Source: Escherichia phage vB_EcoM_UP17. From it: DNA of 64,000 bases. Under the pieces are notes generated by a model. It saw only the letters and a program-made list of their open reading frames with translations, was not told the origin of the DNA and did not search any database. A program made the position numbers and the translations under genes. Location of the stretch: the sequence record LR746137; one strand, written 5' to 3'. Of the stretch, positions 55,880-64,000 are shown one piece after another. Positions within the stretch are counted from its first letter, which is position 1; each line of letters starts with the position of its first letter.

Positions 55880-57472
55880 TTAACGATCCTCTCTGATTTG
55901 ATTAATCTTACGAGCAAGGGCAGCTATAAGCTTATCTTCTTCGGATACAGGAGCCGTGCTCTTACCTAAACGATGCATGTCTAAAATCTCTTGAACAGTC
56001 CGGTTCCATTGAAGACATTTAATACAACGGGTATGTGCAACATACAGAAGATTTCGTTCTGATTCTTCAAGACCTACCCACTCACCCTTCTTATCATAGT
56101 TGGAAGGGAAGTCATTTGCAACAATAACCTGATCCCACTCCAAACCTTTTGATTTGTGGGCTGTAGTTAAAGTAACTTTAGCCGTTGGAGAGTTACGGTG
56201 CATACGTAAAGTGTATGCAATGTTATTAGCTTTACCAGAAACAACAATGTTTAAAAGTCGTTTTGCATCAGGATCTGATTCTGCACACTCTACAAACTCT
56301 TCCCAAGAAGTGTAAGGTAGAACTGTCTCATGTTTAACTTTGTCCAAATCACCTCTACGTAAAGCATTAACACTGTCAACCATAGAAATGAAATCTTTGG
56401 TATCTACGTTAATAATAATCTCTTCTCCGTTAGCGATTCGGTCCATAGCTTCGAGCAACAAAGTCAAATTCTTACGGAAAATAATGGTATAAGGTTTACT
56501 ATAATCTACCACATCAGAATGAAAACTTCCAGTGACAGTATCATAACCTTTGCCTACCAACGGATGCTTCAGAGGTGAGCGATCAGAAAGGATCGCATTA
56601 GCAATATCCGCAACTTTAGGACCGAAACGGAAACAAGCTGTCAGAGGCAACTCAATACCATATGTAGCCGTTTGTTTCATCATATTCTGACTTCCACGGA
56701 ACTGATAAATACTCTGAAATTCATCACCCACAACAACAATACGTTTAGCAGATTTAGCATTTCGAAGAATAGACAGAAATGCAGGGTTAACATCCTGGAA
56801 TTCATCTCCGAAAATAATATCATACCCTAAATCTTCTTTACTTAACTCAAAGAGTTTCACATAAGTGTCATGAGTCATAATGGTTTCTGATTTAGGATCA
56901 ATGCGCTCACGCCAAAGTTGCTTCGCATATTTAACAACTTCGTTAATAAGTTTTTGTTCGTTGATGTTTTTACGTTTAAGATCTGACATGTGCACTTTAG
57001 GAAAATGTTTATGTCCAATATGTTCATCGTCAGAAAACTCATATTTAGCTAAAGTTTGTTTTACCATTAACCCGATCATCGCACGAGTCAGTAGCACTTT
57101 ACCATTTTTATCAATCAAGTTCTGAATTTTGAATTTCTTGGCAATCTCACTGCCAGTTCCAGCTACGTTAACATATTGCCCTTCTGGTCGAGACAATTTG
57201 TGTCGAAGGTTTTGTGGAAGACGCTGGTAACAAATCGAATGTAGTGTTCGGCACATAACGTTAGGAGGCATTTTACGTCGAGCTTCCTCTGCCATACTTT
57301 TGTTAAATGCCAAGTATAGAATACTATCGTTTGTGCCATTAGCCAACATATACAGTGTTGACGTTTTACCTGATCCAGATTTAGCTTGAATTGTAACGAA
57401 ACGATTTTCTTTATACCCGCTTTCAATAGCATATTGTTCATCGGTAGGTGTAAAACTCAATTGTGTAGACAC
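55880..57472 (-). CDS. Superfamily 1 DNA helicase (UvrD/PcrA-like)
   Basis: Walker A IQAKSGSGKT; C-terminal TTAHKSKGLEWDQVIV resembles UvrD motif VI; 530 aa. Confidence 0.7.
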   Translation of the reverse strand: MSTQLSFTPTDEQYAIESGYKENRFVTIQAKSGSGKTSTLYMLANGTNDSILYLAFNKSMAEEARRKMPPNVMCRTLHSICYQRLPQNLRHKLSRPEGQYVNVAGTGSEIAKKFKIQNLIDKNGKVLLTRAMIGLMVKQTLAKYEFSDDEHIGHKHFPKVHMSDLKRKNINEQKLINEVVKYAKQLWRERIDPKSETIMTHDTYVKLFELSKEDLGYDIIFGDEFQDVNPAFLSILRNAKSAKRIVVVGDEFQSIYQFRGSQNMMKQTATYGIELPLTACFRFGPKVADIANAILSDRSPLKHPLVGKGYDTVTGSFHSDVVDYSKPYTIIFRKNLTLLLEAMDRIANGEEIIINVDTKDFISMVDSVNALRRGDLDKVKHETVLPYTSWEEFVECAESDPDAKRLLNIVVSGKANNIAYTLRMHRNSPTAKVTLTTAHKSKGLEWDQVIVANDFPSNYDKKGEWVGLEESERNLLYVAHTRCIKCLQWNRTVQEILDMHRLGKSTAPVSEEDKLIAALARKINQIREDR

Positions 57473-57486
57473 GTATTTCTCCTCTC

Positions 57487-58002
57487 TTAATAAAAACTCT
57501 TGACAATCCTCATCATTTCCTTAGCTCTGCTGGCGTAAGGTTCTTTTAGATTAGGTGGCAAATGTGCATTAATGTATCCCATTTGTTTTTCCCATGTCCA
57601 TTTATCTTTAAATCTTGGCATGGTGTCTCCTGCTAAACTGTTTTCTTTTCGTGTTTGAATAATCCAATTACATGGAAAATGCACACCACCTTTACGGAAG
57701 GGAATATAATGTCCCAATGTGAATGCCTTATTGTTCTTTAAACGTCCAGCTAAATTAAGATTAACAATAAGACTACGAAACACGTAGTATTGATAAAGAT
57801 TGTCAACAGTATATACAGAGTAGTATGCTCTAAGTGCATTATCTCTACTAAGATTACCAACATCCAAACTGCACCAGTTTAAATTACTTGGATCGTAGTT
57901 GTGATTATCAATCCATTCTTCTCTTTCCTCAAATTCTGCATTAACAGCAGATTGCCCTGCTGTAGATACAAAAAGAGAATTTGCATCAAAGAACATACTC
58001 AC
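57487..58002 (-). CDS. Hypothetical protein
   Basis: 171 aa ORF. Confidence 0.5.
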   Translation of the reverse strand: MSMFFDANSLFVSTAGQSAVNAEFEEREEWIDNHNYDPSNLNWCSLDVGNLSRDNALRAYYSVYTVDNLYQYYVFRSLIVNLNLAGRLKNNKAFTLGHYIPFRKGGVHFPCNWIIQTRKENSLAGDTMPRFKDKWTWEKQMGYINAHLPPNLKEPYASRAKEMMRIVKSFY

Positions 58003-58009
58003 TCCCCCT

Positions 58010-58363
58010 TTAGTTTACATCATTTAGAGCATTACCAATCTTTAAGATAATAACATCGTTAAGAGCTTCTTCTCCATTAAGGCCAGAGAAAGCAGGAGTA
58101 ACGAAAGTTACCATATAATAATGGTCTTCTTGTAGGATTGCGATAACGCCGTCTAGTTTAACATCTCCTGTGAAACGAAAAACTTTCAACTTTTGTTCTA
58201 AAGGAAGATCTCCTTCAACATTTAAAACCATATCTCCGACACCAAACTTTTCTGCCCCGATGTAGATGTAAGCTTGGTCCTCTTTTTTATGATAATACAA
58301 TGTTGCTTGTTTGTCTTGTAGTGTTGTGATACCAAACACATCTACATCAATAATATTTTTCAA
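58010..58363 (-). CDS. Hypothetical protein (start revised to TTG with GGAGGAG RBS)
   Basis: TTG at 58363 overlaps the upstream stop (TTGA) and follows GGGAGGAG; the track ATG at 58420 would overlap the upstream gene by 61 nt. Confidence 0.4.
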   Translation of the reverse strand: MKNIIDVDVFGITTLQDKQATLYYHKKEDQAYIYIGAEKFGVGDMVLNVEGDLPLEQKLKVFRFTGDVKLDGVIAILQEDHYYMVTFVTPAFSGLNGEEALNDVIILKIGNALNDVN

Positions 58364-58728
58364 AAATTCTCCTCCCAAATCCAATAATTGTCTACATAAG
58401 TAGGATGCCTTTTGTCCCACTCTTTTCTAGCCCAAGCCACGGCTGCTACCAATACATCTCCATGACAAGGTTGAGGGGAGCAGAAGCAAACTAAATCTTT
58501 CCCTTCTAACTCTAATAAATCTTCAAGAGTGATCTTACCACAACGAATTTGCTCCCACAACCACTCTTTATACCTTTGTATGGTTGATCCTCGTGGTTCA
58601 TCATCTTTTAACTTAAAAGGGTTTGCAAACTTAGAGGCTTTTAGTCCCATGTGTGGCATTGCTCTACCAATATAAACAGCACCTTCTGGAATTGTTTTGC
58701 CTAAATGGTAAAAGTTTAATACCTTCAT
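58360..58728 (-). CDS. DUF4326-like protein
   Basis: LVCFCSPQPCHGDVL resembles the C(W/F)C.P..CH.D signature; 122 aa. Confidence 0.4.
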   Translation of the reverse strand: MKVLNFYHLGKTIPEGAVYIGRAMPHMGLKASKFANPFKLKDDEPRGSTIQRYKEWLWEQIRCGKITLEDLLELEGKDLVCFCSPQPCHGDVLVAAVAWARKEWDKRHPTYVDNYWIWEENF

Positions 58729-58729
58729 A

Positions 58730-59092
58730 TTAACCTAAACACATACGTGCGATCAGACCCTGGATGAGTTTATCTGCTTCTTCACGATCATAGTCGGTAT
58801 CTTCTATACCACCATCTTCGTCACGATAAACTTTACCTTCCAAGTAGCCAGCATCGATCAAACCAATAATCAAATCGAACTGCCAGCAAGAGTTACCGAA
58901 AGGGCGTTTTCCACTGAAACTATCTTCTTCTTCCCAAAGTGTAGAGAGCAGTCGTCTGAAATATTCACGCACAGTAACAGTTCCAAGATCATCGTCTTCA
59001 AAAACAACATCTAAAGCATCTGGTTCAGCTTTCTCTACAACAGGCACATAACGTTGACCATTAATAACAACATCTACAATCGTTTCTCTCAT
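58730..59092 (-). CDS. Hypothetical acidic protein
   Basis: 120 aa ORF. Confidence 0.5.
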   Translation of the reverse strand: MRETIVDVVINGQRYVPVVEKAEPDALDVVFEDDDLGTVTVREYFRRLLSTLWEEEDSFSGKRPFGNSCWQFDLIIGLIDAGYLEGKVYRDEDGGIEDTDYDREEADKLIQGLIARMCLG

Positions 59093-59451
59093 TTTTCCTC
59101 CTTCTTGTATTCTAAGAACATGTCAACTTCATAAGCTGTCCGTTCATCAAATTTACTAGGATCTACTAAAATAAAAAGTTGTTTGTTTATATCTTGAAAC
59201 TCTTTTACTACAATGTAAAGGTGTTTCTTACACGAGAAGCCTGTTGCTTGATAAGCATCACCCCAATCATCCACACCTTTTAATGTTTCTACATACTTAC
59301 ATTTTATTTTATCTTTACCGTCTTGGTAAAGTGCTTCACCTCCGAACCATGTGAAGAATTTAGTGCGATCTGCCCCAACCTTAAAGCCGTCACGAGCAAA
59401 AACACCAGTAGAGGCTAATAACAGCAAGGCAAACAGCACTTTTCTCATCAC
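59089..59451 (-). CDS. Secreted/periplasmic protein with signal peptide
   Basis: N-terminal MMRKVLFALLLLASTGVFA signal-peptide-like sequence. Confidence 0.5.
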   Translation of the reverse strand: MMRKVLFALLLLASTGVFARDGFKVGADRTKFFTWFGGEALYQDGKDKIKCKYVETLKGVDDWGDAYQATGFSCKKHLYIVVKEFQDINKQLFILVDPSKFDERTAYEVDMFLEYKKEEK

Positions 59452-59756
59452 ATCTCCTCGTCGGACTTCAAGGCTTTAGAGAATACCACATTAAACATTT
59501 CACCGCAACCATTATTAACGTAATACATGATATAATTATCATCTTCGTCTACAGGCGCACGGTACTCAAGTTCATAACTGTATAGGTTAGAATTACTTGT
59601 GCAACCTTGTGGATACCAAAAATAAAGTTCATCACCGGATTCTACCCATTTAAGACCCGTCCGATCTTCAAACACCAATGTAGAAGGATTTTCTGAATCT
59701 TTCACAGCTTCTTCGTAATACTGATGAACCGTAACTGCTAATGATAATGTACTCAT
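59448..59756 (-). CDS. Hypothetical protein
   Basis: 102 aa ORF. Confidence 0.5.
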   Translation of the reverse strand: MSTLSLAVTVHQYYEEAVKDSENPSTLVFEDRTGLKWVESGDELYFWYPQGCTSNSNLYSYELEYRAPVDEDDNYIMYYVNNGCGEMFNVVFSKALKSDEEM

Positions 59757-59926
59757 ATAACCTCCTCATAGCCTTTGCAGACAACTAAACGCCAAGTCTT
59801 TTTATAGTGCTCTCGGATCTCAAGAGCAGCGTGATAAGATGGAATGTGTTGTGCTAAAAGCATCCATTCACAGTCCACACCCATACGTCCGTAAAGTGCA
59901 TACTTGATTACTTTGTTTTTAGTCAC
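59753..59926 (-). CDS. Hypothetical small protein (57 aa, GTG start)
   Basis: GTG preceded by AGGAG at 7-nt spacing; stop overlaps the downstream ATG; translated by hand, absent from the ORF track. Confidence 0.3.
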   Translation of the reverse strand: MTKNKVIKYALYGRMGVDCEWMLLAQHIPSYHAALEIREHYKKTWRLVVCKGYEEVI

Positions 59927-59945
59927 AACACTTCTCCTTAGTTAA

Positions 59946-60143
59946 TTAAACTTTTTCCCAAGTACCAAAAGCACAGGAAGGATAGATCCCAACTTGAGGG
60001 TTTCCGTTATCATCTTTGAAAGTAAAACTGTTGTTGTCTTTATCAAGAACTGTAGAATAAATCTTACCAACAGTAACGCAGTTGGAAGCTTGACCTAGTT
60101 CGGTAAGGGTAAGACATTTCATTTTCTGTTTCTTTGTAGCCAT
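59946..60143 (-). CDS. Hypothetical small protein
   Basis: 65 aa; AAGGAG RBS; a sigma70-like promoter lies directly upstream. Confidence 0.45.
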   Translation of the reverse strand: MATKKQKMKCLTLTELGQASNCVTVGKIYSTVLDKDNNSFTFKDDNGNPQVGIYPSCAFGTWEKV

Positions 60144-60173
60144 TTATAAAATCTCCTTAGTAAGTGAATCTTT

Positions 60174-60203
60174 ATTCTACACAAAGAACTCTGCACATGT
60201 CAA
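60174..60203 (-). promoter_or_regulatory. Sigma70-like promoter on minus strand (TTGACA-N18-TAGAAT)
   Basis: Minus-strand TTGACA (plus 60198-60203), 18-nt spacer, TAGAAT (plus 60174-60179), about 30 nt upstream of the ATG at 60143. Confidence 0.45.
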
Positions 60204-60225
60204 GTAACTCTTTGTCAGATTAGTC

Positions 60226-60495
60226 TTAATGATTGGTGATGTTGATGACAATCTTAGTTTCAACCTTAGCCCAACAGGAGTCTGCTTCATTAAAACGACT
60301 ATTCACAATATATTCTCCTGCACGAGAACCTGTTAAGCACACTGCACCTGTATCTGTAGCCAAATAGTATTCCCGTTCTTGTTCATCTACTTCTGCAATG
60401 TAATAGTAGAAAACAGACATAGGTTCAATTTCAGCTAAACGGTATAACTTTGGAACAGGGGATTTCTCGATAAACTCAACAGAAGTTTTACTCAT
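60226..60495 (-). CDS. Hypothetical protein
   Basis: 89 aa ORF; 4-nt overlap with the upstream gene. Confidence 0.5.
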   Translation of the reverse strand: MSKTSVEFIEKSPVPKLYRLAEIEPMSVFYYYIAEVDEQEREYYLATDTGAVCLTGSRAGEYIVNSRFNEADSCWAKVETKIVINITNH

Positions 60496-60728
60496 TTGTT
60501 TTCTCCTAGATCTAAACTAATTAAGAAGTCACGAAGGATGATCATTTGTTCTGTAGACAATGATAATACACCTTCTCCATAAATATCACCAGACCATTCA
60601 GCAGTTAGATCTAGTGTACCAGTACCAGGAAACCAATCAATAGTGATCTGATTACCATTAGAGTCAGGTAGTATTTCACTGACTAACATAACACACTCTC
60701 CTATTATTGTTCTTGATCTTACGATCAT
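60492..60728 (-). CDS. Hypothetical protein
   Basis: 78 aa ORF. Confidence 0.5.
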   Translation of the reverse strand: MIVRSRTIIGECVMLVSEILPDSNGNQITIDWFPGTGTLDLTAEWSGDIYGEGVLSLSTEQMIILRDFLISLDLGENK

Positions 60729-60858
60729 CTACCGATAAGAACAAGTACTTAAATCTCTGTTCTTCGAACATCTAACGATAGAGATTAATCTATTACATAA
60801 TCTATACTCGCTATCGCTCGACCCTTCGGGGTTAGGGTAGCATATTTTTTGAAAAAAG

Positions 60859-61215
60859 TCAACACTTATTTTTGGTAAGTAGATAAATCAATTGTTCACC
60901 TGCTTCTGGTGCATATAGTGCTTTAGTATCGAAGTCAAAGAAGTGAGTGACCCCTGTTACTTTGGATGCCTGAATAGATAATCGTGCAAGCTTAAGCAGA
61001 TTATCCATTTCCGCAATCTTTGCACGAAACACCGCACGTGTAGCGTCAAAAGCTGCATGTGGCATGTATTTACGATTTAGACTACTACGTTTAAATTTAC
61101 GATAATCTGCAATGATCCTGTTACGTTCTTTGTTCAAGTGCTTTACCAGTGCAGTATATACATGTGGTTCTTTGTTAGCCATTGTTAATCTCCTCTTCAT
61201 ATGTTGGTAGTGCAT
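60859..61215 (-). CDS. Hypothetical basic protein (start uncertain)
   Basis: 118 aa from the track ATG; an internal Met 11 codons in is an alternative start. Confidence 0.45.
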   Translation of the reverse strand: MHYQHMKRRLTMANKEPHVYTALVKHLNKERNRIIADYRKFKRSSLNRKYMPHAAFDATRAVFRAKIAEMDNLLKLARLSIQASKVTGVTHFFDFDTKALYAPEAGEQLIYLLTKNKC

Positions 61216-61387
61216 GGTATGCGATCACAGGTGCCAAGTCAAAATAAAAATGACCATTGATAACAGCTATCGTGCCATTGCGTGTTTTGTTAACTTCACA
61301 GAATCCCTTCTTGCCATTTGCCATGATTACAAGCCACTCTCCGATAGGAACATCCTCGGTACCAGATACTTTAATCCATCCACTCAC
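61175..61387 (-). CDS. Hypothetical small protein
   Basis: 70 aa ORF. Confidence 0.45.
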   Translation of the reverse strand: MSGWIKVSGTEDVPIGEWLVIMANGKKGFCEVNKTRNGTIAVINGHFYFDLAPVIAYHALPTYEEEINNG

Positions 61388-61644
61388 TTTACCTCCCCTT
61401 TGTAATCGGACACTATACCAGGTCTTACTTTTGCCTTAAGATGTTTCAACTCTGCCATAGGAGTTGCCACTTGTATAAGGTTAATAATTTCAACCTCGTA
61501 GATAGTATACTCATAACCCGCATACTTCCCGATGGAATGCAGGTACTTGATAGCATGTTCAGGTGAATCTGCTTCAACATACCCCAAATCTTTTGTAGTG
61601 CGGCCTTCACAGTCGCCTTCTGTAGTTACGTGATAAAGTGTCAT
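61384..61644 (-). CDS. Hypothetical protein
   Basis: 86 aa ORF; ATGA overlaps on both sides. Confidence 0.5.
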   Translation of the reverse strand: MTLYHVTTEGDCEGRTTKDLGYVEADSPEHAIKYLHSIGKYAGYEYTIYEVEIINLIQVATPMAELKHLKAKVRPGIVSDYKGEVK

Positions 61645-61790
61645 AAAACCTCCTCATAGTAAGGTAAAGCCTTGATCAGTTGTTCTGAAGTGCCATTTTG
61701 CACCCACGTAACACCCTTGTCAAGAGAAACATACCCTTTCTTATTGATAAATTTACGGAGACAACCAGTGAACTTGTTTTTGTAGATCAT
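61641..61790 (-). CDS. Hypothetical small protein (49 aa)
   Basis: ATG overlaps the upstream stop (ATGA) and its stop overlaps the next ATG; translated by hand, below track cutoff. Confidence 0.3.
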   Translation of the reverse strand: MIYKNKFTGCLRKFINKKGYVSLDKGVTWVQNGTSEQLIKALPYYEEVL

Positions 61791-62221
61791 TTCTTCTTTC
61801 CTTTCTTTAATTTGTTGTGACCTTTACCCTTATAAAGCTTGTGATTACGAGCAGACGGGTTATTTTGGTTCTCCAGTCGGCTAACAGGTGTATTCCAAAG
61901 GTTTCCTGCTACAAAAGATGCTGCCACAAGTTCTTCCAGGTATACAAAATCCAAAGCAGGTATCTTTGTTCCCCTCATCTCGCGTTCTACATTAGACAAC
62001 ACTCCTTCTTCCTTACTGTCTTCTTTTTCAATTACAGACCAACCCTCTTCCTGCCAAGCTTCCCCTCTGAACCAAGTTTCCATGTTACAACCTTGTTCGT
62101 CGAGAATAACACCATCTCGCATCTCAAACCATTCACCACCGCAAAAATAGCTGTGTTCAACACGCCTACCTTCCTTCATTGCTTCTTTAGCTTCGGTCCA
62201 AGTCAGTTTGATGTTTTGCAT
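61787..62221 (-). CDS. Hypothetical protein with Lys-rich C-terminal tail
   Basis: 144 aa; first gene of the minus-strand block next to the divergent region; C-terminus KGKGHNKLKKGKKK. Confidence 0.5.
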   Translation of the reverse strand: MQNIKLTWTEAKEAMKEGRRVEHSYFCGGEWFEMRDGVILDEQGCNMETWFRGEAWQEEGWSVIEKEDSKEEGVLSNVEREMRGTKIPALDFVYLEELVAASFVAGNLWNTPVSRLENQNNPSARNHKLYKGKGHNKLKKGKKK

Positions 62222-62282
62222 TTATTTTCTCCTCTCGTTTTGTATGAGTTGATCTTAACAGGACTAAAAAGCATGTCAATAC

Positions 62283-62310
62283 TTGATCTGAAATTATTTT
62301 CAGGTATCAT
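62283..62310 (+). promoter_or_regulatory. Candidate sigma70-like promoter in divergent intergenic region
   Basis: TTGATC (62283-62288), 16-17-nt spacer, TATCAT (62305-62310); an upstream TTGATCT copy at 62249-62255. Confidence 0.3.
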
Positions 62311-62335
62311 ATATGAATATTAACAAGAGAGGTAG

Positions 62336-62629
62336 ATGATGAACATTACTTTAGCAACTAAGAATATTTCTGAAACAATTAACGGTTTTGGTGTTATTGT
62401 AGCCTTGCACGGTAACAACGAGAAATGGTTGGCTTCTTTTGAAGAGGATCGTCAACACAACATCATTTTAGACGCTCCTATAAAAGTTATGCATATCCTT
62501 GGTGAAAACAAAGTGCTCACTTCCTCCCGTTCAAAGGAACAAATTACAAACGAACTAGTAAAACTGCTTGACAATGTTCTTAATATGTTTGATAATGCCC
62601 CCATCGACACAAAACGTGTCTTAATGTGA
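62336..62629 (+). CDS. Hypothetical protein
   Basis: 97 aa; AGAGAGG RBS upstream. Confidence 0.5.
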   Translation: MMNITLATKNISETINGFGVIVALHGNNEKWLASFEEDRQHNIILDAPIKVMHILGENKVLTSSRSKEQITNELVKLLDNVLNMFDNAPIDTKRVLM

Positions 62630-62641
62630 GAGGAGAACCAA

Positions 62642-62929
62642 ATGTATTATTCACAAAATGAAGTAGCAAACATTAAACTGGCAGTGGGCGATCTTATTGT
62701 GTCACCTAACTACTATTGGGATAACACAGATTTGGTTGAAGTAGTAACCCATGTTGGAGTTGAAGGTATTGTGCTCTACACACTAGGTGGAGGTGTTGTT
62801 GGGGAAATGGAACGTTATACGACAACGAAGAAACTGGTAAGCTCTTATCACATGTTTTTACACCAAGGTTCGGAAGAGTATACAGCTTTCTTGTTGAAAT
62901 TAGATGCAGATCGGGAGAAGGCACGATGA
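62642..62929 (+). CDS. Hypothetical protein
   Basis: 95 aa ORF. Confidence 0.5.
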   Translation: MYYSQNEVANIKLAVGDLIVSPNYYWDNTDLVEVVTHVGVEGIVLYTLGGGVVGEMERYTTTKKLVSSYHMFLHQGSEEYTAFLLKLDADREKAR

Positions 62930-63282
62930 AAATTGTACACGATGAAATTCAAATAGAAGAAAGTGACCTGATGGATTTGGATGCAGCTTTGGGGAAGGTA
63001 ATCTATGCAGGAATTAAAGCCTTCCGTGAGAAGGCAAACAATAGCACGTTTGTCATGATCCCCACTAAACTGATGCGTGTTTTGTATCCAAATAGAAGTG
63101 CGCCGTATACAGATGAAGAAGAGGATACAGGTAGAAGAGAGTGGTTAAATATTTTAGAAAAGATGGAGAATGCTTTTATTGATAGCGGTAATCCAGAAAT
63201 CGTGTATGCTGAAGATCAAAGGAAGGCACGGTTAGAGGGCCGTCTTTTATTCGCTAGTTATTTTGATAATCTTTGGAGCTAA
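62926..63282 (+). CDS. Hypothetical protein
   Basis: 118 aa; 4-nt overlap with the upstream gene. Confidence 0.5.
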   Translation: MKIVHDEIQIEESDLMDLDAALGKVIYAGIKAFREKANNSTFVMIPTKLMRVLYPNRSAPYTDEEEDTGRREWLNILEKMENAFIDSGNPEIVYAEDQRKARLEGRLLFASYFDNLWS

Positions 63283-63461
63283 ATATGTCTGAATTCTTCA
63301 CAATGGCTTTCTTAGGGATCTATCTGATTATTAGTGCTGTTGGCTTAATCATGTCTCTAATAGAGGAAATGGGAATTAAGTGGAATTGTGCATTCGGTAT
63401 AGCTCTTATGCTCACTCCAGTTTGGATTTACATTTGCAAATCGGTTGAACTAATTGGTTAA
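63273..63461 (+). CDS. Small membrane protein
   Basis: 62 aa, two hydrophobic segments (FFTMAFLGIYLIISAVGLIM; AFGIALMLTPVWIYI). Confidence 0.45.
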   Translation: MELNMSEFFTMAFLGIYLIISAVGLIMSLIEEMGIKWNCAFGIALMLTPVWIYICKSVELIG

Positions 63462-63810
63462 TGGAGGTAATATGTTTAGTAAAGAAATGAGAGAGGTAAT
63501 CGCTACTCTGGTAGTTGATCATGGTGTTGAAGTTGAGCGTCACGTTTGGAAAGATGAGCCTCCTTTCTTTGATTTGGCATCACGGGCTAAAAGTCACATG
63601 TATCTCCTTGAAGATGATAAGGATTTTATTCTGCGTATGCGTTATGATCGAGAGTTTAGAATTCCTCTTGACACAGATCCTGGTGATGTAGTATTGTGGT
63701 TGGCAGAGCATTTCGCATTTAACGCTCTACATGGAAGAAGTTTTGGTAATGAACGTTGGGATACCATTTGTCGTAAACATAATATTGAACCAGAATACGG
63801 GAGTATGTAA
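63454..63810 (+). CDS. Hypothetical protein
   Basis: 118 aa ORF. Confidence 0.5.
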   Translation: MVNGGNMFSKEMREVIATLVVDHGVEVERHVWKDEPPFFDLASRAKSHMYLLEDDKDFILRMRYDREFRIPLDTDPGDVVLWLAEHFAFNALHGRSFGNERWDTICRKHNIEPEYGSM

Positions 63811-64000
63811 TGTTAAGCGTTAAGCCTAAGATGATCAGTGAAGACCAGAAAGATTTCATTTACAAGTGTGGACGAATCTGGAGAGAGTATACCAAGGGTA
63901 ACGAGGTCGTGGTGGTTACTGAACACCAGATTGAAATCTCTGATCTTTTCGGTGATTATTTGCAAGTGATCAAATTAGGCATTGACAGAGGTTTGGTGCA
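63810..64000 (+). CDS. Hypothetical protein, 3'-truncated at the window edge
   Basis: ATG at 63810 overlaps the upstream TAA; frame stays open to the end of the window (MLSVKPKMISEDQKDF...). Confidence 0.4.
   Translation, partial: MLSVKPKMISEDQKDFIYKCGRIWREYTKGNEVVVVTEHQIEISDLFGDYLQVIKLGIDRGLV

Noticed and set aside
60729-60858. Possible promoter (TTGACT) and hairpin (ACCC-TTCG-GGGT) in the intergenic region
   Set aside because: No acceptable -10 hexamer at 16-18-nt spacing and no U-tract after the hairpin; left uncalled.
1-64000. Prophage or integrative element boundaries (integrase, att sites), CRISPR arrays
   Set aside because: No integrase or recombinase-like ORF, no spaced direct-repeat array and no host-like flanking genes were seen; content is consistent with an internal segment of a lytic phage genome.

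Overview
This window reads as one contiguous segment of a large, virulent tailed dsDNA phage genome with a contractile-tail-type baseplate; no integrase, transposase, CRISPR array, rRNA or convincing tRNA was seen. Positions 1-27,000 (+ strand) are a tail morphogenesis block: a 5'-truncated tube/sheath-like gene, a chaperone pair with a -1 frameshift site, tape measure, hub/spike/wedge baseplate genes, three large virion proteins, baseplate J/I-like genes, and at least four distinct fibers or spikes (beta-helix, collagen-like, Big_2-like). After a bidirectional terminator near 27,000, positions 27,055-62,221 (- strand) are a tightly packed, translationally coupled early/middle block: SSB with an E. 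coli-like acidic tip, a small nucleotidyltransferase, family-A DNA polymerase, DNA methyltransferase, T7 gp4-like primase-helicase, four glycosyltransferases, an SF1 helicase and anaerobic ribonucleotide reductase NrdD/NrdG. The most unusual content is a phage-borne Ter-like cluster (about 40.6-51.1 kb): TerD-domain, vWA (TerY-like), TelA-like, HExxH/SprT-like, TerC membrane protein, macro domain, phosphoribosyltransferase and HAD phosphatase. Positions 62,336-64,000 switch back to the + strand with small genes of unknown function. All functional calls rest on motifs read by eye from the supplied translations; no database search was run.
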